From positions 92,504,001 to 92,568,000 of the forward strand of contig CM060731.1 of the NCBI GenBank assembly GCA_030704615.1: a stretch of 64,000 nt of DNA, read 5' to 3'. The stretch comes from Takakia lepidozioides (Eukaryota; Plantae; Bryophyta). A program made the position numbers and the translations under genes. Position 1 is the first letter of the stretch, and each line of letters begins with the position of its first letter. Below are positions 51,101 through 64,000 of this stretch, one piece after another. The notes under the pieces are model-generated. The model was not told where the DNA came from. It was given only the letters and a program-made list of their open reading frames with translations, and searched no databases.

Positions 51101-51878
51101 GGCGGGTCTGTATTTTCCATGAGCGATGAGCAGACGAGCCATGAGCCATGAGCCATGAGCAAAGTTTTCGAACCTACACCGAAGCAAACCTGAAGCCAGA
51201 TTCCAGGTTTGGAATAGGCTCGGGATATGAGCAAAGCTGAAGGACCAAAGTTATATTCCTAAATAGAAAATGTACCACCTATACCCGCGCGGGCCAAACG
51301 GAAAATGTACAGCCAGAAGTCTCTGCCGACTTCTCAAAAAATATTTTATATTAAAAAAAAACTGAAAATTGGGAAGCCGGAAGTCTGTGCCGACTTCCCA
51401 TATAATAAATATAATATAATATTTAAAAGTCTGTGCCGACTTCTCAAAATATAATATAATATAATTAAAAAACTGAAAATTAGGAAGCCTGTGCCAACTT
51501 CTCAAATAATAATAATAATACTAATAATCCGGAAAATAGGCAGCCGGAAGTCTGTGCCGACTTCTCCAAAAAAAAAAAAAAAAAAAAAAATCGAAAGTAG
51601 GCAACCGGAAGTCTGTGTTGACTTCTCAAAAAAAAGGTACCGACGCCCAAATATGGGGAATTCCCGAACCTAGCTTTACATCCGAACCTAACCTGATTGT
51701 TCTATTATGAGGGAAAATCGTGCACTTGTAACACTGAAAAACAGGTTCGAATGGTCAAAAAACAGGTTCGGATAGTCAGAAATCTGGGAATATTCGCAGA
51801 AATATGCGAAAAAATATTCTTTTTTGGGGTTCTGCTCATGTTTTTTGGTGCTCACTGCTCATAGAAAAACAACCCCCG
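51101..51878. mobile_element. MITE with ATGAGC-repeat TIRs and internal GAAGTCTGTGCCGACTTC repeats
   Basis: Left GGCGGGTCTGTATTTTCCATGAGC; right reverse complement CGGGGGTTGTTTTTCTATGAGC; flanked by GAC(C). Confidence 0.7.
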
Positions 51879-52639
51879 GACCAGCTGGAATAGGAAAAGA
51901 ATGAGATTGGAGAGAACGCAAATGAACCAGAATCCAGATGAACCATAATCCTGCCATTCAAACTCGAATGTAAGAACAGCGGGGAGAAAAGAAGTGAAGT
52001 GCGAACCCCAGAGAACCAAGCATTGGCCATGGAGATTGGAGCTAGGTGAACGGATGGGGGATGCTGAAAATCGAGGTGAGATGAGCACAGTGCTAACGGT
52101 TGAAGCAGAGTTTGGTGGAGTGCCTGCCATTGACGTGTTTCTAGTTAATTTCTCTGTCAAACTCAGGTGAGTCAAGGCAACGTTGCTGTTGCTGCCCTCT
52201 GCCAGTCGATGGGGGGCCTCCTTGTCCATCGGCAGCATGCCGGCGAAGTGCAGCTGCATAAGATGTCGTCCCTCCCCCATGAGCATTGGAATTGGCGGAA
52301 GAGCCTAGGTTCCGCATCTAGATCCCTGCTGATGTCTGCAAGCATTTTAACCCAGGCCTTCCTTGCTTCAATTTGATCCTCACGAAAGATAGAACGCCCT
52401 TTCTCTAGTGAGAGTCCAATTGCACCTGACCTTCCAAATATTCCATAGAGTAATAGATCTGAAAGAGTCAAAGACCGGGCAGTGGCTGTGAATCCACTGA
52501 TGTCATAGTTTAGGAGTTTGTGAATGGTTGAGGGTGACCCAGATTTCCATATCTGCAAAATGGGCCGAGGCCAGGTTTTCAACCAAAATGGTGACCAGCT
52601 TGGCCCCATGATGGCTCCTAACCTAGCTGAGAGATGTTT

Positions 52640-53395
52640 GTGGGACTTGTTAGATGTTACATTGAACATATTGGCAAAGTCTTAAAGCAAACAAAACCAT
52701 TTGGATGGGCAACCATCCGTTGTCGTTTGATCTCATATTACTGTGGGACCTGTTAGATGGTACATTGAACATACTGTCAAAGTCTAAAAGCGAACCAAAA
52801 TCATTTGGATAGCCAATCATCCGTTGAGCCATTGCGCGAATTTTGATTGATCTCATATTACTCTGGGATCTGTTAGATGGTGCATTGAACATATTGGCAA
52901 AGTCTCAACGCGAAACCCAAATCATTTGGATGGGCAACCATCCGTTGAGCCATTGAATGAATTCGATTGCTCTCATATTAGTCCGGGACCTGTGAGAGGG
53001 TGTACCGAACGTACTCGCAAAGATTCAAAGCAAACAAAAGTCATTTTGATGGGCAACCATCCGTTGACCCATTCAATAAATTCCGTTTGATCTGCTATTA
53101 CTCTGGGACCTGTTGGATTGCGTTTCGCGTGCACATGATTTTTTTTTAATTCCGTTTTTGAACCATATGTCTAAATTTTTGCAGGGATGTAGCGGTGTGA
53201 GGGTTGAAGCCACAGAACCAAATTGAGCCAAAAATAGAATCATTACGTAGCAGAAACCCCCAATCAAAGACAATATAAACCTAATTATTTCCTAGAAATT
53301 TATTTAAATTCAATTTAATTCTGAATCGGTTGAAGGGTGAGTGCGTTGTTGGGGAGGCAAATGTTTTTTTCTTCTGTTGTATCTCTACACATGTG
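52640..53395 (-). repeat. Second copy of the 120-bp-unit repeat family seen at 1-820
   Basis: About four reverse-complement units plus the shared unique flank, lacking the SINE. Confidence 0.85.
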
Positions 53396-56300
53396 GATAC
53401 ATAGGGGATTGCACTTGGACTTAGATGATACTGGACACTTGGGCCAACGGCACAAGCTACCCTAGAGGTTGCACTTGGGCCTCGATATAGGAGACGCACT
53501 TGGATACATAGGAGATTGCACTTGGGCTTAGATGACACTTGACACTTGGGCCAACGGCACAGGCTCTCTATGGGAGATGTGGAATTTCAAGTACTTTTGG
53601 TCGCTGGAAATTTGCGAAAAATAGCAAAGTGGGCATTTCTGGGACAATGGTTGGAGCCTTGAGAGGAGAGATATCAAGGGAAAGGTCTCTGGTTCAAATC
53701 TAGTCGTAGGCTCTGTGGAAAAAAAAATGATAAGAGATGGCTAAAATGAATTTCAAGTACTTTTGGTCACTAGACAATGATTAGAGCCTCAACATGAGAG
53801 ATATCAAGGGAAAGGTTTCCGGTTCAAATCTGGTCGTAGGCTCTGTGGAAAGAAAATGATTAGATATGGCTTGCTTCATATATCGATGCACTTGGACTTT
53901 ACAGAGGGGATTGCACATGGACTTAGATGACATTAGACACTTGGGTCAATGGAACAGACTACCCTAATCAATAAGAGAGATGACTCCGGCCGAGGCCGAC
54001 GTAACTAAGAGCCACTTCGCCTTGCGGCTACTGCCCCCTTTCGGGGGTTGCTAGTGGGTGCCCGGAGGGCACCCCACGGTCTACGAGCGGGTGAATTTTG
54101 TAGGGAACCCCAGGGGGTACCCCTGGGGTATATGTGGTATCAAGAGGCTGGAGAAGTATGTGATTCGAGCTGCCTTTTGTTAGTGATAATAGCACTTGGG
54201 GGGTGCACCCCAGCCAACCTGTACCAGCCACGTGCGTGCACAGGAGGGGGTATTTTTAACCCCCCCATGTACAACATTATATATACATAGGGGGGGTAAA
54301 CAACACCTTAAATATAAGTCTACAGCAAAGGGTTAGCATGATTAGGAGGGTAGTGTAGTGGTAAGTGTCATCATTGTCATGACTCTCATTGTGAGTTCAA
54401 ATCTTACGGTGTTTTGAATTTTTTGAAAACGTTGAAAATATGTATATATTGCAATGCAGATTTGAGCTCGAGACCACCTGCACACCATGACCAATTCCAT
54501 ACCACTAAGCTAGTCCACGATTTTTGAAACAAGTGTAATGTTAAACAATAATATACAATAAAGACAATGTTTTGTTTTGTATCATTGTTGAGATCTCCCC
54601 AACCGCAGGGCCAGCCCTGGTGTTTGGTACCATTGGAAAGCCCTCGATGAGGAGGGGTGCACTGGCTTGGTCTCATAATTTTGGAACTTGCGGTGTGGGA
54701 AATATGAAATTTCAAGTACTTTTGGTTGTTGGAAACTCGCGAAAAATAGCGTTGTATTTTTGGCATTTTTCTAATGTGGAGGGGGAAGGGTAGCGGTCAT
54801 TACAGTATGTAAATTCGATGAAGTGTATGATAAGTTCAGGGGATGGGGTGTCAGGTGGTGGGGCGTTTATGGGCAGCCCTTGTACAAAGAGTATGTCAAG
54901 GCAGAGTCTAGCGGGACATGAGCAGGGCGAGCAGGTCCTGCACGAACATGGTAGGAGCTAGGGGGGTACAGTATGGTCCGGGGGCCCTAGTCAATATATG
55001 AATCGAGACGTTTGTTTTGTTTTGTTTTGTCACGTTGAGATGTCCCAAACCGCGGGGCCCCAACATGGGTGCTTGGTACCGTTGGAAAGCCCTCGACGAG
55101 GAGGGGTACACGGGCTTGGTCTCATGATTTTTGGACCTACGGTGTGGGAGATGTGGAATTTCAAGTACTTTGGGTCGCTGGAAATTTGGGAAAAATAGCA
55201 AAGTGGGCATTCCTGGGACAATGGTTGGAGCCTCGACAGGAGAGATATCAAGGGAAAGGTCTCCGGTTCAAATCTGGTCGTAGGCTCTGTGGGAAAAGAA
55301 TGTTGAGATATGGCTAATACAAATTAGTACTTTTGGTCCCTCGACAATGATTGGAGCCTCGAAAGGAGAGATATAAAGGGAAAGGTCTCCGTTTCAAATC
55401 TGGTCGTAGGCTCTGTGGAAAAAAGAGAGATTAGATATGGCTTGCTTCATATATTGATGCACTTGGACACTTGGGCCAACGGCACAGGCTACCCTAGTCA
55501 ATATATGAAGCGAGACGTTTGTTTGTTTGTTTTGTTTTGTTTTGTTTTGTTTTGTAGTGTTGAGATGTCCCAAACCGCAAGGCCCCACCGCCGGTGCTTG
55601 GTACGGAAGATGCACTTGGATACATAGAAGATTGCACTTGGGCTTAGATGGGCCTCGACGCACTGGGATACATAGGAAATTGCACTTGGTCTTAGATTTC
55701 AATTCTTCACACATAGGCCAACTACACAGGCTACCCTAGAGGTCGCACTTGGGCCTCAACATATGAGACGCACTTGGATACATAGGAGATCTTGCACTTG
55801 GGCTTAGATGACACTGGACACTTGGGCCAACCGCACATTAGGCTATCCTAGAGGTCGCATTTGAGCCTCGACATAGGGGACGCACTTGGATGAATATAAG
55901 GGGATTGCACTTGGACTTAGATGACACTGGACACTTGGGCCAACGGCACAGGCTACCCTCAATATATGAAGCGAGACGTTTGTTTGTTTGTTTTGTTTTG
56001 TTTTGTAGCGTTGAGATGTCCCAAACCGCGAGGCCCCAGCGCGCCGGTGCTTGGTACCGTTGGAAAGCCCTTGACGAGGAGGGGTGCATGGGCTTGGTCT
56101 CATGATTGTTGGACCTACGGTGTGGGAGATGCACGGAATTCCAAGTACTTTTGGTGGCTGGAAATTCATGAAAAATAGAAAAATGGTTCTTTCCTGGGAC
56201 AATGATTGGAGCCTCGACAGGAGAGAGATAGGTCTTTGGTTCAAATCTGGTCGTAGGCTCTCTGGGAAAAAAAGAAGATTAGATATGCCTAAAACGAATT

Positions 56301-58720
56301 TCAAGTACTTTTGGTCGCTGGAAATTCGTGAAAAATGGCAAAGTGGGCTTTCATGCAACAATGATTGGCCCTTCATTTCTTTTTTGTGCACGTGGATATA
56401 AATGTAAATTGTGTCATTTTAGAATATTGGCGTTCACAATATGTTTTGTAGCGTCGTTGAGATCTCCCAAACCGCGGGGCCTCTGGCCACGATTTTGGTA
56501 CTGTTGGAAAGCCCTCGATGAGTAGGCCTGAGTGCATCAACTTGGTTTCATAAAATTTGGTCTCTGGAAATTCAACTAAATTATAAAATTAAGTGTTGGA
56601 AGGACACTCGATGTCGCACTTGGGCGTTACATAGGAGACGCAATTGGCCAACATATTATCCATGGATAATATGAGATTGATTTTTTTAGATGGGCCTCCA
56701 AACCGCGGGGCCTCTGACCACGATTTTAGTACCGTTGGAAAGCCCTCGATGAGTAGGGGTGCATCAACTTGGTTTCATAAAATTTGGAGGCGGAGTTGGC
56801 CAACATATTATCCGTGGATAATTGGAGATTGAATTTGGGCTTTTCTGGAGCAATGATTGGCCCTTCATGTGGGAGATTTGGAATTTCAAGTACTTTTGGT
56901 CGCTGGAAATTTGCAAAAAATAGCAAAGTGGATATTTCAATATATGAAGCCTCGACAAGGGAGATTGCAAAAATAGCAAAGTTGGGATTGCACTTGGAGT
57001 TAGATGACATTGCACACTGGAGGTCGCACTTGGGCCTCCACATGGGAGAAGCACTTGGATACATAGGAGATTGCACTTGGGCTTAGATTTCAATTCTTCA
57101 CACATGGGCCAACTACACAGGCTACCGGCCTAGATCTCCCAAATTGCAGGGTCTTTGGATACATAGGAGATTGCACTTGGACTTAGATGACACTACGGAG
57201 ATATCAAGGGAAAGGTCTCTGGTTCAAATCTAGTCGTGGGCTCTGAGGAAAAAAAATGATTAGACTTAGATGACTTTGATGACATTGGACACTTGGGCCA
57301 ACGGCACAGGCTACCCTAGAGGTCGCATTTGGGCCTCGACATAAGAGACGCACTTGGACTTAGATTTTAATTCTTCACACGTGGACCAACGGCATAGGCT
57401 ACACTAGAGGTCGCACTTGGGCCTCAACATAGGAGACGCATTGGATACATAGGAAATTGCACTTGGTCTTAGATTTTCAATTCTTCACACATGGGCCAAA
57501 GGTACAGGCTATCCTAGAGGTTGCACTTGGGCCTCGACATAGGAGACGCACTGGGAACATGGGAGATGCCCTTGGATACATAGAAGATTGCACTTGGGCT
57601 TAGATGGGCCTTGCCATAGGAGACGCACTGGGATAGATAGGAAATTGCACTTGGGCTTAGATGTCAGTTCTTCACACATGGGCCAGAGGTATAGGCTGCC
57701 CTAGAGGTCGCACTTGGGCCTCAACATAGGAGACGCACTGGGATACATAGAAGATCTTACACTTGGGCTTAGATGACACTGGACACTTGGGCCAACCGCA
57801 GAGGCTATCCTAGAGGTCGCATTTGGGCCTTGACATAGGAGATGCACTTCGATACCGAGGGGATTGCACTTGGACTTAGATGACATTGGACACTTGGACC
57901 AACGGCACAGGCTACCCTAGTCAATATATGAATCGAGACGTTTGTTTTGTTTTGTTTGTTTTGTAGATTTGAGATGTCCCCAACCGCGAGGCCCCAACAT
58001 GGGTTCTTGGTACCATTGGAAAGCCCTCGACGAGGAGGGGTGCACGGGCTTGGTCTCATGATTTTTGGACATGCGTTGTGGGAGATGTGGAATTTCAAGT
58101 ACTTTGGGTTGTTGGAAATGCTCAAAAAATAGCAAAGTGGGAATTCCTGGGACAATGGTTGGAGCCTCGAGAGGAGAGATATCAAGGGAAAGGTCTCCGG
58201 TTCAAATCTAATCGTAGGCTCTGTGGAAAAAAAAAATGCATTTGGACTTAGATGACATTGGACCCTTGGGCCAACGGCAGAGGCTACCCTAGAGGTCGCA
58301 CTTGGGCCTCGACATAGGAAACTTTCATACATAGGAGATTGCACTTGGGCTTAGATGACACTTGACACTTGACACTTGGCCAACGGCACATGCTACCCTA
58401 GAGAGGGGAGATATATCAATAATGATATGATATATTACTACTCAATAAATTCATGGAAAAAAAATAATCGGGCCTTGATATGGGAGACTACTTGGATACA
58501 TGGGACATTACACACTAGGCTTAGATGGGCCTCGACATGGGAGACGCACACGGGAGATGCTTTTGGATACATAGGAGATTGCACTTGGGCTTAGATGGCA
58601 CATGCTACCCTAGAGGTCTCACTTGGGCCTGGACATAGAAGACCCACTTGCAAACATAAGAGATTGCACTTGGGCTTAGATGATACTTGATACTTGGGCC
58701 AACGGCACAGGCTACCCTAG
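53395..58720 (+). mobile_element. Tandem non-autonomous Helitron-like array with GCACTTGG subrepeats
   Basis: Repeated TGGGCCAACGGCACAGGCTACCCTAG (hairpin then CTAG), CTAG|TCAATATATG junctions, and a final CTAG|T at 58720. Confidence 0.65.
53974..54984 (-). mobile_element. Putative retroposon insertion with the same structured 3' end as the SINE
   Basis: Flanked by CCCTAATCAATA (53962-53973) and CCCTAGTCAATA (54985-54996). The 3' end on - reads GGCAGTAGCCGCAAGGCGAAGTGGCTCTTAGTTACG...GTCAT then (CT)n. The interior is composite. Confidence 0.5.
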
Positions 58721-59258
58721 TAATAAAATAATAAGAACAAGGAGGAGGAGCTCTGGCAGAGGGGCTGATCACATGTAATAATGTTGCACATCAGCTGGTA
58801 GCTCAGCACAGTGTGTCGCCCTGGTGGTTCGGGGTTCAAACCCGCTGCCCTGCCTGGTGTGTGGATCGTTCGTGACCGGTTGGTCTGGTCGTGACGTTTC
58901 CACCTGTGTGCCTAATAATGGCTTATCTGAAAGGGGGTTAATTTTTCCCCCCTCCTCAAGGGCCTGAATTGTGAGCAGTCGCTCCCAGGTTTCCTTTTTT
59001 TTTTTTTAATAATTTAAAAAATAATGTTTCTATATAATTCTCACGGCCCAATAAAAAATAGGGCTTAAAAGAGGGAAAGAAAGAAGCACAAATTTGAAGT
59101 GGGCCCAGTGCCACAAAGGAAGCGGGAGAGCAAAGCCTGCCCCCACTGACACAGAGAGAGAGTGGGAGAGGGAGGGATCCTGGAGCTTTGTTAGGGGGCG
59201 TGGGGAGGGGGGGGGGGTGGTGTGTGCGTGTGTGTGTGTTAGGTAGAGTGGTGGCAAC

Positions 59259-62200
59259 ATGGCGGGCACGGACTACAATGTGATGCTGCTGATCATTGTC
59301 GTCATTGTCACGGTGATGGTGCTGCTCTTCAACACGTACTTGCTTGTGAATTACCAGCACCCAGATGACAGGAACCAGGCTTACTTCCCTAAGCTCGTTG
59401 TCATTGTGGGCCTTTCGGTCGCACAGATCTCCATTCTCATGTTACCGGCCGACGTAGCCAACAAGCATGCCTGCCAACATTCTATCTACACCGCTGCGTG
59501 TAACTATACGTTGCCCATGAAGCAGCTCTGGTACTCTGTGTACATCATCGATGCTGTGCTAGTCTTCTTTGTCATCCCCTTTTCCATGTTTTACTACGAG
59601 GGCGACCAGGACAAGTAAGTGCTTTTCTTACGTCTGTATCATCTCGAAATCCTCCTCGATGTCTGATTCCTCGTGCCCCTTTGATACGAAATGATCTTTT
59701 TTTCGCGGGACTCCGCATTGTGCACGAGCAGCCGCGTGTTGGTACGATCTTTTCTCTACACAATGGGCATTTTGTGTCTCATGGATGAGCTTGCAGCTGA
59801 GCTCAAATCCTTTGGGTGCTTCTAGCAATGCTAAGGGGTGATGTACCTCTTTGGCATTGCTACCATTCTTTCTGGCAATTGTCAATATGAAACTTCACTT
59901 TACTAGTCTGTTGGTATTCAACATTAGGTGTTTTTTGCCCTTGGAGACACGCCGAGTCTGTGCTCTCCTCCGCACAGTTCAGATTTGTCGCCTTTCGATC
60001 AGAATTTTTAGAAGCTGCAGAAAGGGAACCAACATGGGCTTTTTGGGTGGGTATGGACAGGTCGGTGCCTCGCCGATTAGGTGGAGCGATATTGTGGGTC
60101 ATACTAACAGCCATTGTCGTTGCGCTTGTGTTCGGCATCCTCTACGGTATGCCTTTGTTGTCGGTTTCTTTGAGATCAACACTGTTGAGGTTGCAGTAAA
60201 CGCTTACTTGGACCTGGCGTTTGAGTATTTTGGCTCTCTTCTTTTTATGGGCAACAAAATTGTGAACTCTTTCCCACTGCAGTGTCCTTTGAGTTCACTA
60301 TGCAAATTCATCTCATGCCTGAGGGACGAGGCACTGGCAGGTCTGGTGGGCAAGGTTGATTTTGCAGTGCGACAGCTGCAGTCATCAGCCATTGGTTTCA
60401 CTACGGATTTCAGTCAATTGAATGCACACAACCCATGCCTGCCAGTCAGTCAAGGCTCGTCCATCAGCCGCAATTCAGTGAGTGCACTCACATTCACAAA
60501 AAAATTCCGATGATTTGCACCAGGGCGGAGTTTCTGAATTGATCATGTATTGCTAAAGTTTCCTAGGAGGGTTCCTGCAAAGCATTCACTCAAATGTTTG
60601 ATTGCTGGTCAGTGATAGGTGCTCATTGTTACACGATTCCAATGTGGTGACAATATTTGTACTTATCCAAATGCACTTCACTAGCATTGACCCAAGGGTG
60701 CCTTCAAGAGCCCAACCCTCCTCGAGCAGCTCTTTCTTGTCACAACCATGAGGAGAGGTGCATAGTATTGCCCACCTGGAGTTGAGGCTTTCTCTATTGT
60801 GGAAGTGGCACTTTGTCACCCTTGCAATCTCGTAGCCAGAGGCTCTCTTCCCCTGCTGGTGCATACAGCAATAAAAACCCTTAAGATACCCAATGTATGC
60901 CTCCTTCCAACTTAGTTCTTACTGGGTAGCTTCTGACACTGCTTCCAGGGTGAAATGGAGCTGTCCCCAGTTGCAGAATGTTGGAAGTAGGTCTGTTTTG
61001 CATGATTGGATTTGTGGTATTAAAAGAAGGTTATTGGCGCTGGGTGGGCAGTGCTCAGCAGATCTGTCAAGTGCAGCATCAGTAACAACATGGACCTTGC
61101 GCACCTCATTCCCAGAATATGTGATTGCAATCACAACCATCCTGGGCTCTGTGCTCTTTGCGGTAAATGCTCTATCCTTAATGGTGTGGGTCACTGAAAG
61201 GTGTTGGTTGCTCGAAATGAAACAGTGAAGTGGGGCTGTGCAGAGTCCAGAGTGGATGTTCTTGGTATGATCCTTTGTTACTTGCAGTAATTTTCCTGCT
61301 CGCCTGTGATATGCTGCTTACTTCTAGTCTACTTGATTTTCAACAGAAGGGTGAGTCACGATAGTCTGTTGCACTACATCTATGTTAATAAAAATATGCT
61401 GCAGCATGTTGCGAAAATCATGGGAAGGAAAAAGAGTGCCTACCGACACAACAGAAATGGAAATAGGGGCAAGGATAGTACTAACATGGCAGTGTCTGGT
61501 CTGCTCTGCAGGTTTTTGGGGGTGTTGGCATAGCCTGCTTACCTTTGAGCCTCATCTTTGCATTCCTTCGCCGTCCTAGAGCAATAATCACACGCTCCCA
61601 GTACATAAAGGTGGGCTCATCTATTTCTCTACATTATTCCAAGTCCATGAGTAGGAACATGGATACTTCTTAGAACAGCATTAAGCTCTTGTGTCCTTGA
61701 ATTGAGAGGACTGTCAGTTCTCAACTAAGTATATAACTAAGCTCGATGGTACAACCAATGACATGAACACCTTTCGTTTCTAGAGAGCAATATATCTCTG
61801 AAGGTTTTCTTTTGCACTACGCAAGGTCTGAGGAAGGTCTGCAGAGCACTAGGATGCAAGTATGGGCAACAATCCACTAATTCATTCAGAAAGCTTGTCG
61901 CCATGGACATGTCTTGCTTGGTGGGTGCAGGAGGCATCTGAGCTAGGCAAGCGTGCCAAGGAGATCAAGGATGTGGCACTAGCCCTGCAGCGAGAAGAGC
62001 GATCTGGGAGCAGGGGCCGCAAATGGAAGAAGAATGTGGCCAAGGTTCAGCAGGTGTGACGGCAATTTCCTACAGAAAAATGGCCACCTTTAGCACCCAC
62101 ATAACATTGTTGTTCCTTTTATAAGCCAGAGAAGAGAGGAAGGAGGAGGGAAGCAATGGTTTAGATTTTGTGTGAGTGTCAGTGAGGGTCCACAACAATT

Positions 62201-63675
62201 ATCACCTCTCTTCAGTAAGAAGATTTACAGTTGCAGGAGCATAAATTTGAACTGGGGAAGAGTGCTGCAGGAACTTGTGTTCTTGGAGGAGGACGAGCAG
62301 GCTCTGGAGGAGGTGTATCCACAAGGAGAGAAGGTGCCATGGTTCTTTGGTGATATGTTACTTCTTTTCGTGACAGTGGCGTTGGGAAAATGCAACCTAC
62401 CTTATATGCAGCCCCAATAATGGGTTTGTACGCACTCAAGTAGACGTACTTTAATGAGTTTGAGATAGGCAGGTTCCGAATATGCACCAGGTACAAAGAT
62501 ACCTCGCAGAAGTCTTCTTTCATTGGCAGCTGGCAGTCTAATTCTGAATGTGGAGCATGCAGTCATGCACTGAAACATTTACATATATGCCACATGGGTC
62601 CTTGATTATGACAAAACACTGGAATGCTCCCTTGCTATGTGTTTGTGGTCCTGGCAGGCTGATACTTCGTGGGGGCTTACTGTCCTTGGTTACTTGGGAA
62701 AGCTGCTATTTGGGATTATCGGGTGAGACTTCAACTTCCTGGCAATAGAAGCATGTCTCCAGTTGAAGTAACACACCGGGGATTGTGTCAAACATATCAA
62801 CCCCAGGCCAATCAAGCCTCTTGTAAAATCTAGGTTAAGGCACATCTTTCAGGGGGAATATTCTTTGAATTTTCCAGCTAAACAAAATTGGATTGGAGAT
62901 TTCTGTCCACGCATCCATGAGACTACGACACAATCTGAGGAAAGAAAGAACATAGTGCCCCAGTGGACGGAGGTGCAGGAGTTTGTCAATTCTGCCTTGT
63001 GAAATTGTCACTAAATTACAAGCTGCAAACTGAAAGGATAGAAAACACATTCACATAGATCTAGGTCGTCTTGTGAATTTCAGTTGAAGAGATGATTATA
63101 AACAGTGTGGATGGGATGGCATAAGCAGGCTGGCAGTGTCAACAGCATGGTTGCTGCACATTGTGATCTACATGCTCATTATTCCTCCACTCTCTCCCTT
63201 CCTGAATGAGTTTTTCATCCACCTTGACAGCGCCTGGGGTCTGTCCCTTCACCTCATTTTGTCGTTGTAATGGTTTTGATGTTGGTTAGAAATAGGCTGT
63301 GCAGACTAAAACAGCAGTCCATATGGGGATGATGAATGGACATGTTGGTGTTTTCTGTGTGTGTGTGATCTCTTGGCTCATTACAACTGTACCTTAGTCA
63401 AGCTGCAATTGTTTCTGTTGTAGAGATTGGCATCTTAGTGAAGTATTTCTTGGGAGTAGTTGGGATGTCTGGCTTGTTCTGGGATAATACAGTGGGGATG
63501 AAGTTGAAACTTTAAGAGTAACTAGCAGTCATTTCTACTTCTTTTGTTGGGCTTATGCAGGATTGCTAGGTACTGTGGCATTTGCATTTTTCTGCTTCTA
63601 TCTTATCCTGGCAGTGATCTCAGGAGAGATGCATCTGGGTCTCAATTTTCTGTTTATCACTGTCCATCCGATGAA
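59259..63675 (+). CDS. LIMR/LMBR1-family membrane protein, 3' end beyond the window; exons ~59259-59614, 60061-60146, 60341-60477, 61052-61162, 61512-61610, 61931-62053, 62271-62333, 62658-62722, 63129-63238, 63561-63675
   Basis: [55 protein letters not shown] and ITVHPMK are typical of plant LIMR proteins; GT-AG introns keep the frame. Confidence 0.93.
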
Positions 63676-64000
63676 GTACGTTATCTCTAGTCTTCCTGCA
63701 GCATTTCAGATGCTAATGTGGGGCATTGCGCCCTCTATTTTCATGCTTGGTAGCTGACCCAATAGGATATACTCTGTGGGCAGGTAAATGATATCTCAAT
63801 ATGATGTGCTGATGTTGGGACACTCATTTGGTTAAGCAGTTCATTGCTATCTACATTGGAGACTTTGGCTTAAAAGGCAGGAATGGTTTCTGTTATAAGC
63901 TAAAATTGGCGGGTCGTGTTCATGATCTTGGGATTTCCTGGAAGCACCCACTATGTTGAACTGAGAGTTAAGAAGACTTACTGACTAGGGAGCTGGTAAT

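Noticed and set aside
1-53395. Inverted copies of the 120-bp repeat family as ends of one 53-kb element
   Set aside because: Sub-block order differs between the copies, an intact host gene lies between them and the outer boundary is outside the window. Independent dispersed copies are the simpler explanation.
54345-54412. tRNA-like A/B boxes (TAGTGTAGTGG...GAGTTCAAATC)
   Set aside because: No convincing cloverleaf or anticodon arm; at most a decayed SINE head.
58795-58850. tRNA-like GTAGCTCAG...GGGTTCAAACCC upstream of the LIMR gene
   Set aside because: The A-box is incomplete and there is no acceptor stem, tail or TSD.

Overview
Eukaryotic land-plant genomic DNA with spliceosomal introns; the TE families and genes suggest a non-seed plant, but the species cannot be identified from sequence alone. 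The first ~34 kb is a nest of transposons. A ~29-kb Mutator-like element (1870-30942, TIRs plus ~9-bp TSD) carries a GCM/DDE/SWIM transposase on + and, divergently on -, a large intron-containing cargo gene. That gene combines a ParB/Srx-like (DGNHR-type) domain with a bacterial-type beta-class N6A/N4C DNA methyltransferase domain, and arrays of a palindromic GGCGCC-centred motif lie beside and within it. The element sits in an intron of the homologous cargo gene of an older, diverged relative (remnants ~1060-1860 and 30950-34432). It is itself interrupted by a complete 14-kb CACTA element (TnpD, TnpA-like, FCP1/NIF domain, a LINE fragment), a hAT MITE and SINEs. The remainder holds a foldback element, an intact F-box/LRR gene, a decayed Ty3/gypsy element with a dUTPase-like domain, a MITE, a tandem Helitron-like array, and the 5' part of an intact LIMR/LMBR1-family gene. 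A tRNA-headed SINE family with a covarying multi-hairpin 3' structure occurs several times. All TE genes carry stops or frameshifts. Domain calls are by-eye motif recognition and need HMM confirmation.
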